Positions 20,540-30,978 of a stretch of DNA of 64,000 nt are shown one piece after another. Position numbers and translations under genes: made by a program. The notes below the pieces were generated by a model. It searched no databases and was not told the DNA's origin. It saw only the letters and a list, made by a program, of their open reading frames with translations. The stretch lies in NCBI RefSeq assembly GCF_053078305.1, contig NZ_CP166879.1; one strand, given 5' to 3'. Position 1 is the first letter of the stretch; each line of letters starts with the position of its first letter.

Positions 20540-21664
20540 TTAGTCCTTAAATACCTGCGCCAGCAGATTATGGAAATGGGCGATACCATGTTCGGAAATG
20601 CCGCTACCGCTACTGTCGGCCATGATGCGCCCCTGACCACGATAGCCACGCGATTTCAGCCCTTTCTGTACGCTTTCAACCAGACGTAAATCTTCCGGAC
20701 GGAACACATCGCGATACCACTCAATCAGCGATTTTTGCTCGTCGGTTAACTCTTCATTGGTGAAGTAAATATCGTAGTTTTGCAGGGTAGTTTCAGAATC
20801 CACCGGGAATTCATAAATGACCGTCATCATCCCTTTGATCGGGGTGACGTTCAGCATCGTGCACGGCCACAGCCAGAAACCGTGGAATGCCGCATCCGTA
20901 CCCTCTTCAAATTTAAACGACTGTTCGGACGGTTTGGCGAAACCGTATTGCAGCGTCCAGTTACCGTGCATGGTGTGCCAGTAACGATCAACCTGTACGG
21001 AGTCGGAGAAACCTGGATGCGCCGGACCACAGTGATAGCACTCGAGATAGTTATCGACAATGTTCTTCCAGTTGGCAGGCGTGCGGGTGGTAAAGCGGGC
21101 CGCCAGTTTCAGATCGTGGACTTCCGGGCAGGCTTCCAGCACTTTCGCGCCCAGACCGGGTAACTGATCTTCTACGCTGGTGGCGTTGGGGTCCATGTTG
21201 ATGAAGACGAATCCGGCATATTCTTCCAGACGCACCGGAACCAGTTGCGCTTTGTCGCTATCGAAATTGGCGACGTTTTCGCAGTTACGTGCATGGGCCA
21301 GGTTGCCATCGAGTTTGAATGCCCATGCGTGATATGGGCAGGTAATCACATTTTTTGCTTTTCCTTCACCGCTCAACAACTGATGACCACGGTGCGGACA
21401 CACGTTATAGAACGCGCGCAAAACCTTATCACGACCGCGTACCAGCACGATGCTTTCGCCAATGATCTCACGCGTCACATAATCATTGGCATTCGCCAGT
21501 TCGCTGCTGTGAGCGACGCAAATCCAGCTTTTGGCGAAGACGTTCTCTTTTTCGTGTTCAAAGGCGTTCTGATCGGTATAAAAACGGGCAGGAATGGTCC
21601 ACGCCTCTTGCGGGTTAGCGCAAAAATTTTCGGGTAGTACAAAGTCAGGGCTCAGATTGCTCAT
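20540..21664 (-). CDS. yeaW: Carnitine monooxygenase oxygenase subunit (Rieske-type)
   Basis: 374 aa from ATG 21662-21664; Rieske motifs CPHRGH and CPYHAW; track ORF extends 40 codons upstream. Confidence 0.9.
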   Translation of the reverse strand: MSNLSPDFVLPENFCANPQEAWTIPARFYTDQNAFEHEKENVFAKSWICVAHSSELANANDYVTREIIGESIVLVRGRDKVLRAFYNVCPHRGHQLLSGEGKAKNVITCPYHAWAFKLDGNLAHARNCENVANFDSDKAQLVPVRLEEYAGFVFINMDPNATSVEDQLPGLGAKVLEACPEVHDLKLAARFTTRTPANWKNIVDNYLECYHCGPAHPGFSDSVQVDRYWHTMHGNWTLQYGFAKPSEQSFKFEEGTDAAFHGFWLWPCTMLNVTPIKGMMTVIYEFPVDSETTLQNYDIYFTNEELTDEQKSLIEWYRDVFRPEDLRLVESVQKGLKSRGYRGQGRIMADSSGSGISEHGIAHFHNLLAQVFKD

Positions 21665-21695
21665 AGGGATACCTTTATCGTTAGGATGATGGCGC

Positions 21696-23306
21696 TCAGT
21701 TGTCGCCTTTGAATACGGTTCCCGCAGGGAGCACTGGTGTTTTTTCCAGGGCTTCAACCGGTGTCTGCGGGAGATAATGTTCAACTTGATGAGCCGGAAT
21801 GTCGGCGTAATCCTGTTTCAGCCAGCGAATAAATCCGCCAACTTTCACCAGTAAAATGACGAGGAAGGGAAGGGCTGTGAGCACGACGGTGGTTTTCATC
21901 GTTTCCAGCGAAGCACCAGTAAACAAGATGGAAAGCGGGATCAGAGTGATCACCACGCACCAGAAAAGACGCAGCCCACGGTCAGGATCGTCACCTTCCT
22001 GGAGATTACGCGTACTGGTCGCCGCCATGGTGTAGGCCACTGCATCCATATGCGAGGCAAGGAAAATAATCATCACGCCCAGGTATGCGGCGAGGAACAA
22101 TTTACCGGCTGGCAACGACATCAGAACTTGCTGTACAGCTGTTTCGCCGCCCAGTGTTTCCAGCACCTGTGGGACGTTGATTACACCATTGATAAACTGG
22201 TGAATGGCATAGCTTTCCATTACGCCGAAGAAGAACCAGCAACCGACGGTGCTGCCGAGGATCAGTCCCCAGATAACTTCTTTAATCTTACGACCGCGGG
22301 AAACGCGGGTGACAAACATTGCTACGCCAGGCGTGTATGAGATCCACCACAGCCAGTAGAAAACGGTCCAGTTGCGGGTAAATGAACCATCGCCAAGCGG
22401 ATCGGTGAATAAGCTCATTTGCAGGAAGTTTTGCGTGGTCAGGCCGATGGCATTGATGATGCTGTTGGTAATAAATTCGGTTGGGCCGACAATCAGCACC
22501 AGTAATGGCAGCAGGAACGCGCCCCAGCCAACCATTTTGCTCAGACGTTGCAAACCGTTGTTGATACCAATCCACGAGCTTAGGCAAAAAATGCCGCCGG
22601 AAAGCAGTATCACAAATGCCTGCACGGTGAAGTTATCGGGTAAACCGGTCAGCGCGGAAAGCCCACGAGTAAAGGTTGCTGCGGTGACAACAAGGGAAAT
22701 AGTCAGTGCGCCGACAGTGGCGATCAGGAACATCAAATCAACCAGTTTTCCCCATGGGCCTTGCGGGCGAACGCCGGTAATCGCGGCAATAATGCCGGAA
22801 AGACTCAGACCTTTGTTTTTACGCACATGAAAGTGATAAGCCATGATTAATGAGGCCAGCGTATAAGTTGCCCAGGCGCTGATGCCCCAGTGGAAGAAGG
22901 AGTAAGGGACGCTAAATTCGAGTGCCTGTTGTGAACGCGGTGCGATATTTAATCCAGGCGTTTGATAATAATAGGCCCATTCAGCAACCCCCCAATAAAG
23001 CGTAGAAGAACCTAAACCGGCACAAATAAACATAAACAGCCAGGAGAGCGTGCTGTATTCCGGTTTTCCTTCGCCAAGACGAATATTGCCGTATTTACTG
23101 GTGGCTAAATAAATCACCAGTCCCATTGCCAGCAAAACCAATACCTGTACGGCGGAACCTAACGTACGCGTAACAAAAGTGTATATTGCGTTGGCCGCGT
23201 CGGCCGATTGTTGTGGGAAAAGGCTTAATGCAGCTGCGATGAAAAGAATGGCCACCAGGCTGATGCTTATCAGCGGCACATCTTTTTTCTTAACATTGCT
23301 CATCAT
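21696..23306 (-). CDS. yeaV: BCCT-family (betaine/carnitine/choline) transporter YeaV
   Basis: 536-aa ORF from ATG with AGGAGA Shine-Dalgarno; N-terminus carries a hydrophobic first TM segment resembling the CaiT N-terminus. Confidence 0.85.
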
Positions 23307-23510
23307 GAGTCATCTCCTGGGCATAAAAGCCCGTCTCTGGCTTTTGCCAGTTGTAATTATTTGCAGGGTAATGAGTTGTATGTTGTGTTTAACAAATTGA
23401 TTATTTGCATGCTACATAAATTAAACAATTAAGAATACGGAAAGCCATAAAACACGAAACGGAAACAATAAAAGGTGAAATGACGCAGGTTATTAACTGC
23501 AAAGAACGAA

Positions 23511-23538
23511 TAAAAAAAACCGCGTCAGTGACGCGGTT
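23511..23538 (-). terminator. Intrinsic terminator downstream of yeaU
   Basis: Minus-strand hairpin ACCGCGTCA-ctg-ACGCGGT followed by T8-9. Confidence 0.8.
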
Positions 23539-23557
23539 CAAATAAACTGGTTTGACC

Positions 23558-24643
23558 TTAACGCAAAATAATTTTGCAAATCGCGTCGGCAACCTGTGGC
23601 GTGGTGGCACTGCCTTTCATATCCGGTGTTTTCGGCCCGTGAGCAATCACTTCTTCAATCGCTGCCAGAATACCGTTATGCGCTTGCTGGAAACGCTCAT
23701 CGCCATTGCCGAGAAAATCGAGCATCATTGCACCGGCCCAAATTGTGGCGATAGGGTTAGCAATATTTTTCCCGTAGATATCCGGCGCGGAACCGTGGAC
23801 AGGCTCGAAGAGCGACGGGAAAGTGCGTTCCGGATTCAGGTTGGCGGATGGGGCAATGCCAATGGTGCCGGTGCAGGCTGGGCCAAGATCGGAAAGGATA
23901 TCGCCAAACAAATTGGAGGCCACCACCACATCGAAGCGTTCCGGCTGCATCACAAAACGCGCGCAGAGAATATCAATATGCTGCTTGTCCCAGCGGATCT
24001 CCGGGTAATTCTCGGCCATTGCTTCCACTCGCTCATCCCAGTACGGCATGCTGATGGCTAAACCGTTTGATTTAGTGGCAGAAGTTAGCGTCTTACGTGG
24101 GCGGCTTTGCGCAAGTTCGAAGGCATAACGCAAAATGCGATCGACACCACGACGCGTAAATACCGATTCCTGAATGACGACTTCATGCTCTGTACCTTCA
24201 TTCACTCTACCGCCGAGCGAGGAATATTCGCCTTCGGTGTTTTCCCTGACCACGTAAAAATCGATGTCGCCAGGCTGTTTTCCCGCCAGCGGGCAGGGAA
24301 CGCCAGGAAAGAGACGAACCGGGCGCAGGTTGACGTACTGGTCGAATTCACGACGAAATTTCAGCAGCGAACCCCACAACGAAATATGGTCCGGAACGGT
24401 GTCCGGCCAGCCGACGGCACCAAAATAGATGGCGTCGAAACGGCTAAGTTGCTCATGCCAGTCGTCCGGCATCATTTTACCGTGATGGCTGTAATACTCG
24501 CAGCTCGCCCACTCCATTTGCTCAAAACTCAAGGCGAAGCCCCAGCGCTCAGCGGCAGCCTGTAACACGCGAATCCCTTCAGGAAGGACTTCTTTGCCAA
24601 TCCCGTCTCCCGGGATCGCAGCAATACGCATCGTTTTCATCAT
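23558..24643 (-). CDS. dmlA: D-malate/tartrate dehydrogenase (decarboxylating), isocitrate/isopropylmalate dehydrogenase family
   Basis: 361-aa ORF, recognisable YeaU/DmlA sequence. Confidence 0.92.
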   Translation of the reverse strand: MMKTMRIAAIPGDGIGKEVLPEGIRVLQAAAERWGFALSFEQMEWASCEYYSHHGKMMPDDWHEQLSRFDAIYFGAVGWPDTVPDHISLWGSLLKFRREFDQYVNLRPVRLFPGVPCPLAGKQPGDIDFYVVRENTEGEYSSLGGRVNEGTEHEVVIQESVFTRRGVDRILRYAFELAQSRPRKTLTSATKSNGLAISMPYWDERVEAMAENYPEIRWDKQHIDILCARFVMQPERFDVVVASNLFGDILSDLGPACTGTIGIAPSANLNPERTFPSLFEPVHGSAPDIYGKNIANPIATIWAGAMMLDFLGNGDERFQQAHNGILAAIEEVIAHGPKTPDMKGSATTPQVADAICKIILR

Positions 24644-24745
24644 TGGGTTCTCACTTCCTGACCATCAAAATTGACAACATCACCATCCTATAATTGACTG
24701 AAAAGGAATTAATCCCCGTAACTGGTGAAACATAAAACACGAATC

Positions 24746-25669
24746 ATGAATAATTTACCGCTGCTGAATGATTTGCGCGTCTTTATGCTGGTGGCTCGCC
24801 GGGCTGGTTTTGCCGCCGTGGCGGAAGAACTGGGCGTTTCACCGGCGTTCGTCAGCAAGCGCATCGCCTTGCTGGAGCAAACGCTAAACGTGGTGTTGTT
24901 ACACCGCACCACCCGCCGCGTCACCATTACCGAAGAAGGAGAGCGGATTTATGAATGGGCGCAGCGGATTTTGCAGGATGTCGGTCAGATGATGGACGAA
25001 CTTTCTGACGTGCGTCAGGTGCCACAGGGGATGCTGCGTATTATCAGCAGCTTTGGTTTTGGACGACAGGTGGTGGCTCCGGCGTTATCAGCGCTGGCGA
25101 AGGCGTATCCGCAACTGGAATTACGTTTTGATGTGGAAGACCGGCTGGTCGATTTGGTCAATGAAGGTGTCGATCTCGATATTCGCATTGGCGATGACAT
25201 CGCCCCTAATTTAATCGCCCGCAAACTGGCGACCAATTACCGCATTCTCTGCGCGTCGCCGGAATTTATTGCGCAACATGGCGCGCCGAAACATTTAACC
25301 GATCTTTCTGCATTGCCGTGCCTGGTCATTAAAGAGCGCGATCATCCTTTTGGTGTCTGGCAATTACGCAATAAAGAAGGCCACCATGCGATTAAAGTCA
25401 CCGGCCCACTGTCGTCTAATCATGGAGAAATTGTCCATCAGTGGTGTCTCGATGGGCAGGGGATTGCTCTGCGTTCCTGGTGGGATGTTAGCGAAAACAT
25501 TGCCAGTGGTCATTTAGTGCAAGTGCTACCGGAATATTACCAGCCAGCGAACGTCTGGGCCGTTTATGTTTCAAGGCTGGCGACGTCAGCGAAAGTGCGG
25601 ATAACGGTAGAATTTTTACGCCAGTATTTTGCCGAGCACTACCCGAATTTTTCACTGGAGCATGCCTGA
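24746..25669 (+). CDS. dmlR: LysR-family transcriptional regulator DmlR (YeaT)
   Basis: 307 aa from ATG 24746, N-terminal HTH; divergent from dmlA. Confidence 0.9.
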   Translation: MNNLPLLNDLRVFMLVARRAGFAAVAEELGVSPAFVSKRIALLEQTLNVVLLHRTTRRVTITEEGERIYEWAQRILQDVGQMMDELSDVRQVPQGMLRIISSFGFGRQVVAPALSALAKAYPQLELRFDVEDRLVDLVNEGVDLDIRIGDDIAPNLIARKLATNYRILCASPEFIAQHGAPKHLTDLSALPCLVIKERDHPFGVWQLRNKEGHHAIKVTGPLSSNHGEIVHQWCLDGQGIALRSWWDVSENIASGHLVQVLPEYYQPANVWAVYVSRLATSAKVRITVEFLRQYFAEHYPNFSLEHA

Positions 25670-25726
25670 TTAATGATTCAATTATCGGGTTGATATCAGG
25701 TTAAAACCTGATTTTCTCCTTTCTAA

Positions 25727-26434
<708 letters not shown>

Positions 26435-26517
26435 TGCTTTCAGCCCGCGTTGTCGCGGGCTTCCCATCTATAATCCTCCCTGATTTTTCTCTGATATGGT
26501 GCTAAAAAGTAACCAAT

Positions 26518-26540
26518 AAATGGTATTTAAAATGCAAATT
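26518..26540 (+). promoter_or_regulatory. Candidate NsrR operator upstream of yeaR-yoaG
   Basis: AAATGGTATTTAAAATGCAAATT resembles NsrR consensus AAGATGCATTTAAAATACATCTT. Confidence 0.5.
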
Positions 26541-26606
26541 ATCAGGCGTACCCTGAAACGGCTGGAATAAACCGTTTTCAGCGCATTCACCGAAGGAGGG
26601 AAAAGG

Positions 26607-26966
26607 ATGCTGCAAATCCCACAGAATTATATTCATACGCGCTCAACGCCTTTCTGGAATAAACAAACTGCGCCTGCCGGAATATTCGAACGTCATCTTG
26701 ATAAAGGAACGCGCCCGGGGGTTTACCCACGCCTTTCCGTTATGCATGGGGCGGTCAAATATCTCGGCTACCCTGATGAACACAGTGCAGAGCCTGATCA
26801 GGTGATCCTTATCGAAGCGGGGCAGTTTGCGGTGTTCCCTCCAGAAAAGTGGCACAACATTGAAGCCATGACTGACGATACTTATTTCAACATTGACTTC
26901 TTCGTTGCTCCTGAAGTCCTGATGGAAGGCGCGCAACAACGGAAAGTCATTCATAACGGGAAATGA
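26607..26966 (+). CDS. yeaR: DUF1971 protein YeaR
   Basis: 119-aa ORF with GGAGGG Shine-Dalgarno. Confidence 0.85.
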   Translation: MLQIPQNYIHTRSTPFWNKQTAPAGIFERHLDKGTRPGVYPRLSVMHGAVKYLGYPDEHSAEPDQVILIEAGQFAVFPPEKWHNIEAMTDDTYFNIDFFVAPEVLMEGAQQRKVIHNGK

Positions 26967-26969
26967 ATC

Positions 26970-27152
26970 ATGGGCAAAGCAACGTATACCGTGACCGTCA
27001 CCAATAACAGCAATGGCGTTTCTGTCGATTATGAAACAGAGACGCCGATGACTTTGCTGGTGCCAGAAGTGGCGGCTGAAGTGATAAAAGATCTGGTGAA
27101 TACCGTGCGTTCTTATGACACGGAAAACGAACATGATGTTTGTGGTTGGTAA
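26970..27152 (+). CDS. yoaG: DUF1869 small protein YoaG
   Basis: 60-aa ORF 3 nt after yeaR stop (operon). Confidence 0.8.
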   Translation: MGKATYTVTVTNNSNGVSVDYETETPMTLLVPEVAAEVIKDLVNTVRSYDTENEHDVCGW

Positions 27153-27299
27153 TTATCACTGATCGTTGATGGCGCAATTTCTGCGCCATCGCAAAAAAAT
27201 CCTCCGTGATGCTCGTCACAAATCTTGCCCTCCCGATGTTGTGCTATGCTTTTTATCAGCGACTAACCCGCTAATGCAAAACAGATAAGTGAGGAAACA

Positions 27300-27548
27300 A
27301 TGGGCATTCTGTCATGGATTATTTTTGGGCTTATTGCCGGTATTCTGGCGAAGTGGATCATGCCAGGTAAAGATGGTGGTGGATTCTTTATGACTATCCT
27401 GCTGGGGATAGTCGGTGCCGTAGTCGGCGGATGGATCAGCACGCTGTTTGGCTTTGGTAAAGTCGATGGCTTCAATTTTGGCAGCTTCGTGGTTGCCGTT
27501 ATTGGTGCGATTGTCGTGCTATTTATCTACAGGAAGATTAAAAGTTAA
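27300..27548 (+). CDS. yeaQ: GlsB/YeaQ/YmgE-family small membrane protein
   Basis: 82-aa ORF, glycine-rich TM segments, GAGGAA Shine-Dalgarno. Confidence 0.85.
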   Translation: MGILSWIIFGLIAGILAKWIMPGKDGGGFFMTILLGIVGAVVGGWISTLFGFGKVDGFNFGSFVVAVIGAIVVLFIYRKIKS

Positions 27549-27562
27549 CGCGTAAATTGCAC

Positions 27563-27596
27563 AAAGGCTGCACACAGGCAGCCTTTGCTATTTTTT
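27563..27596 (+). terminator. Intrinsic terminator downstream of yeaQ
   Basis: AAAGGCTGC-acacag-GCAGCCTTT hairpin followed by GCTATTTTTT. Confidence 0.85.
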
Positions 27597-27606
27597 AGAG
27601 GTGACG

Positions 27607-27681
27607 TTACCACCATCCCAGCTCAGTGCCGAGAACGACAATAATCGCCACACCCATCATAATAATCGTTGTTTTTTTCAT
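27607..27681 (-). CDS. yoaJ: Tiny membrane protein YoaJ (24 aa)
   Basis: Not in ORF track; minus-strand ATG..TAA encoding MKKTTIIMMGVAIIVVLGTELGWW. Confidence 0.6.
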   Translation of the reverse strand: MKKTTIIMMGVAIIVVLGTELGWW

Positions 27682-27683
27682 CT

Positions 27684-27782
27684 TTATGCCCCCGGAGCAG
27701 CATAGCCGCCAATAAAAAACCATGCTAAAAATACGACCGCTGTAATGAAGATTACAACCGGAAAAATAATACCGATTCGCAT
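27684..27782 (-). CDS. yoaK: Tiny membrane protein YoaK (32 aa)
   Basis: Not in ORF track; encodes MRIGIIFPVVIFITAVVFLAWFFIGGYAAPGA; stop lies 2 nt from yoaJ start. Confidence 0.6.
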   Translation of the reverse strand: MRIGIIFPVVIFITAVVFLAWFFIGGYAAPGA

Positions 27783-27814
27783 GTTATCACCAATCAAAAG
27801 GATGTGAATACGCC

Positions 27815-28840
27815 TCAGGAATGTAGCGCTGGATGCGCGACAAAAGGTGTTTTCTGTTTGTGTTTTTTCTCCTGATACATCGCGATATCGGCAGCATGCA
27901 GGGCACTGTCTGCATCGGTCGTTTCAGGATCGACTTCTACTATGCCAAGACTGGCACCAGGATAATACAAATCAACATCACCTAAGTGATATTCTCCACG
28001 TATTTGCTGTTGAATACGTTCTCGCAGCGACGAAATATCCGCATTCTCGTTGTTTAGTGAAACAACCAAAAACTCATCACCACCGAGACGACCAATAACT
28101 TCGCCATTTTGCTGGAGCGTATTAAGGCGCTCGCCAACCTGAATGAGAAACAGATCGCCACTATTATGACCAAAACGATCGTTGATTAATTTGAAGTTAT
28201 CCAGGTCGATAAACGCGATCATTATCTTATGGTTAAGATGCCGGGCGAGAGAAAACAGCGTCGTCAGATTTTCAAAAATCGCCCGCCGATTTGGTAACCC
28301 GGTTAACGAGTCGGTATACGATTGCGCTATCAGCGCGGCATTGGCTTCGCGCAGCTGTTCTACCAGCGCCTCTTTTTGAATATATTGTGCAATCAGTCCG
28401 GCGAATAACTGCAAAACCTGTTCCGCGCGTTCACTCCACTGGCGCTTCTCACTGCTGGCGGCGCAAAGCGTGCCATAGAATGATCCATCCGGTAAGTGAA
28501 TTGGCGTGCTCAGAAATGTGGTGATGCCAAGATTGCGTGCCGCAATACAGTCGCCCCAACGGTCGGGGACTTCATCGCTGAAAAAGCAGTTTTCATCAAT
28601 GGCGCGTTTGCATAACGAGTAATCCCACGAGACGGTAAAATTCTCCGGGATGTGCATTTTCTGGCTGTTACGGGCAAACATTATATGCTGCAGGCGCGCT
28701 TCGACATCCACTTTGGTCAGGTAGGTTGATTCCATATCAGTGACCATTTCCAGCATCTCCAGAAGCTGTCGGACCAGGCTTTCCAGTGACTGTTCTTTGG
28801 CAAGGGATTGCGAGACGCGGGCGATAATCTGATCTGACAC
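27815..28840 (-). CDS. dgcP: Diguanylate cyclase DgcP (GAF + GGDEF)
   Basis: 341 aa from GTG 28838-28840; intact RLGGDEF motif; track ORF has 43 extra codons. Confidence 0.88.
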   Translation of the reverse strand: MSDQIIARVSQSLAKEQSLESLVRQLLEMLEMVTDMESTYLTKVDVEARLQHIMFARNSQKMHIPENFTVSWDYSLCKRAIDENCFFSDEVPDRWGDCIAARNLGITTFLSTPIHLPDGSFYGTLCAASSEKRQWSERAEQVLQLFAGLIAQYIQKEALVEQLREANAALIAQSYTDSLTGLPNRRAIFENLTTLFSLARHLNHKIMIAFIDLDNFKLINDRFGHNSGDLFLIQVGERLNTLQQNGEVIGRLGGDEFLVVSLNNENADISSLRERIQQQIRGEYHLGDVDLYYPGASLGIVEVDPETTDADSALHAADIAMYQEKKHKQKTPFVAHPALHS

Positions 28841-29022
28841 GAAACAACTCCAGGATACGGCGGGTAAATGCTGATTATTTAATCTTTGCAGGCATGATAA
28901 AACATCATCAACAAAGATGAAACAAGGCGTAATATGATTTGAGTGAATGTAATAAAAATAGTGCTGCAAAACAAAACGATACCGCGATACTCTAAGCTTG
29001 GATAAATATGTGAGATCAATAA

Positions 29023-29277
29023 ATGAAAATTATCAGTTTTGTTCTGCCTTGCTTGCTGGTTCTGGCTGGTTGTTCAACCTCTTCTCAGCCAGAAGCACCT
29101 AAACCGCCGCAGATTGGTATGGCAAATCCGGCGTCGGTCTATTGCCAGCAGAAGGGCGGGACGCTCATTCCAGTGCAGACAACGCAAGGGGTCAGCAACA
29201 ATTGCAAATTACCGGGCGGTGAAACGATTGATGAATGGGCATTGTGGCGACGGGACCATCCGGCTGGTGAAAAATAA
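29023..29277 (+). CDS. yoaF: DUF333 lipoprotein YoaF
   Basis: 84-aa ORF, signal peptide with lipobox LAGC. Confidence 0.85.
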   Translation: MKIISFVLPCLLVLAGCSTSSQPEAPKPPQIGMANPASVYCQQKGGTLIPVQTTQGVSNNCKLPGGETIDEWALWRRDHPAGEK

Positions 29278-29298
29278 CCGCCGGATGCTGTACTAAAA

Positions 29299-29646
29299 TC
29301 ACAAGCTACGTAGCCAGTCGGCCAGCACCAGCGCATGGTTCTGCGTGGTGTTTTTTGCTGAGTAAAGCAGGGTCAGCGGCTGTTTTTTGGCGATGTCCGC
29401 CAGCCGCTTTCCTTCTTGCTCGTGTTGCGCCAGTTCTGCAAGATATTGCTCGCGAAAGGTTGCAAAATCGACGACTTCGCCGTGAAAGGCTTTGCGCAGT
29501 TCCGTTGACGGCGTGATTTCTTTATCCCACTCATCAAGGGCTAAATCGGTTTTTTTGATACCACGCGGCCAGAGGCGGTCGACCAGTACGCGATAACCAT
29601 CGCTCTGTTCTGCCGGATCATAAACGCGTTTGCACTGAATATTCAT
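29299..29646 (-). CDS. yeaO: DUF488 protein YeaO
   Basis: 115 aa from ATG 29644-29646; track ORF is 7 codons longer. Confidence 0.85.
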   Translation of the reverse strand: MNIQCKRVYDPAEQSDGYRVLVDRLWPRGIKKTDLALDEWDKEITPSTELRKAFHGEVVDFATFREQYLAELAQHEQEGKRLADIAKKQPLTLLYSAKNTTQNHALVLADWLRSL

Positions 29647-29700
29647 CGTGTTTGTTCTCCCTTTCACGCATGATTTGTCACGTCACTATAGCACCGGATA

Positions 29701-30882
29701 TTAGCGAATTTCTTTGTCTCTCCCGGCGCAAAGTCCGAAAATCGCCATCAGTAGTGACAGTATTGCAACACCCATTAGTGGTACGGACCAGTCACCGTTA
29801 GCATCGTGTATTTTACCCATCAGCGGCGGCCCACAGGCTGCCAGCAAATACCCGACGGATTGTGCCATCCCCGAGAGTGCCGCCGCCTGATGCGCAGAAC
29901 TTGCCCGAAGACCAATGAACGTCAACCCCAGTATCATTGTTGCGCCGGAACCAAAACCGAAAAGCAGAGTCCAGGTGATCGCGTGTGCTGGCATAAAGCA
30001 GAGCCCAACCGCGCCCACTGCGCACATCAAGGCAACGAACGCTGCAATACCACGCTGATCTTTCACATGATGTAAGAAAAGTGGGATCAGCAAACCGGGA
30101 GCTGCTGTGGCTAGTTGCAGCAAACCATGCAGTGAACCCGCCTGTGCTTCGCTATAGCCGTGACTGATGAGGATCGCCGGAAGCCAGCCAATAATTACGT
30201 AATAGATCAGTGAGTTGATCCCAAGAAACAATGTTACCTGCCAGGCAAGCGGCGAACGCCAGATACCCCGAGTATGTAAGGCGCGCGAGGTACTCAAATT
30301 TGCATGTTGTTGACTTCGCCACTGTGGCAGCCATAAAAAAAGAGCCAGCAGAGGAAAACACATCAGCATGAGCAACGCGCCTTGCCAGCCAAAACCGTTC
30401 AAAGCCAGTGGCACTACCATAGCCGATCCCAGTGCCGCCGCAGCTCCCATTGTCAGGGAATATGCGCCGGTAAGTCTGGCGACGGAATGAGGGAAATCGC
30501 GTTTAATTAATCCTGGCAGTAAGACATTGCCTAATGCAATCCCACCGCCAATGACCGCTGTACCGCCAAATAATAAGTAAGGCGAAGGGAGAGAGCGAAT
30601 TGCGATACCTGCACAGATCAAAAGTAACGCGGCAAACAGGCTACGTTCCATACCAAAACGTCGAGCCACCGGGGCAGCCAGAGGTGAGATTAGCGCAAAG
30701 GCCAATAATGGCAGGGTGGTCAATAAGCCGGTTTGCGCAGTCGTCAGCGAGTAAGCGGAACGAATCGTATCGAGTAACGGTGCTGCGCCGGTGAAGGTGA
30801 CGCGTAATGTAGTGGCAATCATCAGAATGCCAGCGATAAGGACAATCCTGTTTTTGCCGCTTAATGAAGTTGAACAGGTCAT
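29701..30882 (-). CDS. yeaN: MFS transporter YeaN (NimT)
   Basis: 393-aa 12-TM-type hydrophobic protein. Confidence 0.9.
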   Translation of the reverse strand: MTCSTSLSGKNRIVLIAGILMIATTLRVTFTGAAPLLDTIRSAYSLTTAQTGLLTTLPLLAFALISPLAAPVARRFGMERSLFAALLLICAGIAIRSLPSPYLLFGGTAVIGGGIALGNVLLPGLIKRDFPHSVARLTGAYSLTMGAAAALGSAMVVPLALNGFGWQGALLMLMCFPLLALFLWLPQWRSQQHANLSTSRALHTRGIWRSPLAWQVTLFLGINSLIYYVIIGWLPAILISHGYSEAQAGSLHGLLQLATAAPGLLIPLFLHHVKDQRGIAAFVALMCAVGAVGLCFMPAHAITWTLLFGFGSGATMILGLTFIGLRASSAHQAAALSGMAQSVGYLLAACGPPLMGKIHDANGDWSVPLMGVAILSLLMAIFGLCAGRDKEIR

Positions 30883-30978
30883 ATGCTTCTCATTGTTACA
30901 AACGAGGCTGTACCTTACCGTTTTTATTGTTATGTTGAATCAAGCTAAAATGACAAATTATCGCTAAATTCGGACAAA

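Noticed and set aside
27160-27190. Hairpin GATGGCGCA…TGCGCCATC after yoaG as a terminator
   Set aside because: It is followed by an A-run rather than a T-run on the coding strand, so it is not a convincing intrinsic terminator for yeaR-yoaG.
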